From sequence record NZ_CP015284.1: 64,000 nucleotides of DNA, one strand, 5' to 3'. Numbering within the stretch: position 1 is the first letter of the stretch; every line of letters starts with the position of its first letter. The translations under genes and the position numbers were made by a program. Below, one piece after another: positions 63,326 through 64,000 of the stretch. This DNA is from a plasmid. The notes beneath the pieces are model-generated. The model was not told the DNA's origin. It made no database searches and saw only the letters and a program-made list of their open reading frames with translations.

Positions 63326-63979
63326 TTATTCTAAGTTAAATGTCAGTGTTACTTTAGTTAATGGGATATGTTTAAACCCAAGAAATCCGGATTTTAGCAA
63401 GACCTTGAACATTCCAGCTACATTACCCTTTGTGTCTTGCCTAAATTTTTCATCTCTGATTTCCATAAGTCCTTTAAATTCAGGAGTAATGCTACTAGTT
63501 ATAGATGAACGCATAGAATCCTTTATATTTTCTACAGAATCAAATCGTCCTCTGATATTTGCATTGTGTCTATCGTCAAAAATGATTTTATTGATTTGAC
63601 CTTTGCTGAAGTTTCTTAAGGCAATAGCTACAACATAAGGAAGTGCAATCCCCAGTGTAACTAGAGGGTGTGTTAGAATATCAAACACAATACCTTTTAG
63701 AGTGGTGATCAGGACGATATATGCCAATGCTCCTATCAATTTAAAGTAATTAACTGACATCGTAAATTTATTTTTTCGATTAGCTAATAACAAACCAATA
63801 CATACATAAACTACCAGTAATACCAGGGCGATAATATGAATCGTCTTTGTTGAAACATTGAGAATATTGTTTGCTAATAACAGAACTGAAGTGGCTGTTA
63901 TAAATATGATTTCAAGGAAATAAATACTTTCAGCAAACCATTTCATCAGCAACATGAACATTAATTTATTATTTTTCAA
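63326..63979 (-). CDS. multi-pass membrane protein, hypothetical
   Basis: 217 aa, at least four TM helices. Confidence 0.4.
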   Translation of the reverse strand: MKNNKLMFMLLMKWFAESIYFLEIIFITATSVLLLANNILNVSTKTIHIIALVLLVVYVCIGLLLANRKNKFTMSVNYFKLIGALAYIVLITTLKGIVFDILTHPLVTLGIALPYVVAIALRNFSKGQINKIIFDDRHNANIRGRFDSVENIKDSMRSSITSSITPEFKGLMEIRDEKFRQDTKGNVAGMFKVLLKSGFLGFKHIPLTKVTLTFNLE

Positions 63980-64000
63980 ATAGATACCTTCTTTCTACCT

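Overview
AT-rich, IS-riddled accessory region of a Firmicutes genome, most likely a Streptococcus of the salivarius/thermophilus group; chromosome versus megaplasmid cannot be decided from sequence alone. Read left to right: (i) a partial surface-protein gene, a membrane-anchored DNA/RNA endonuclease, and a plasmid-like maintenance module made of a catalytically degenerate XerS-like recombinase paralog, a Rep_3/DnaD-type initiator with about ten 21-22 bp iterons, ParA/ParB and a centromere-like repeat field; (ii) a co-directional leading-region-like operon with a strictly conserved GGAGAAAAACAATG translation-initiation motif, encoding a zinc-ribbon/TOPRIM primase, an HExxH protein, an HTH regulator, a PulE/ComGA-like ATPase, a PcfJ-like protein and an 1838-aa DarB-like N6-methyltransferase/SNF2-helicase fusion; (iii) an IS nest (IS3, IS30, two IS110, ISL3 copies, IS200 remnant) containing an AbiD/F-like abortive-infection gene and what I read as a class III (labionin-type) lanthipeptide gene cluster: trypsin-like protease, LanKC synthetase, two precursor genes with S-xx-S-xx(x)-C motifs and an ILxLQ-like leader, and an ABC exporter, plus a second displaced precursor cassette carrying a third distinct precursor; (iv) an orphan cI/cro-type switch with four downstream genes of unknown function, a 34-aa holin-like toxin peptide and a SAM methyltransferase; (v) xerS with a diverged dif-like site, two LPXTG surface proteins with tandem repeats, and a UmuC/YolD pair. 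The most interesting items are the IS-bracketed class III lanthipeptide locus and the inactivated XerS paralog embedded in the replicon.
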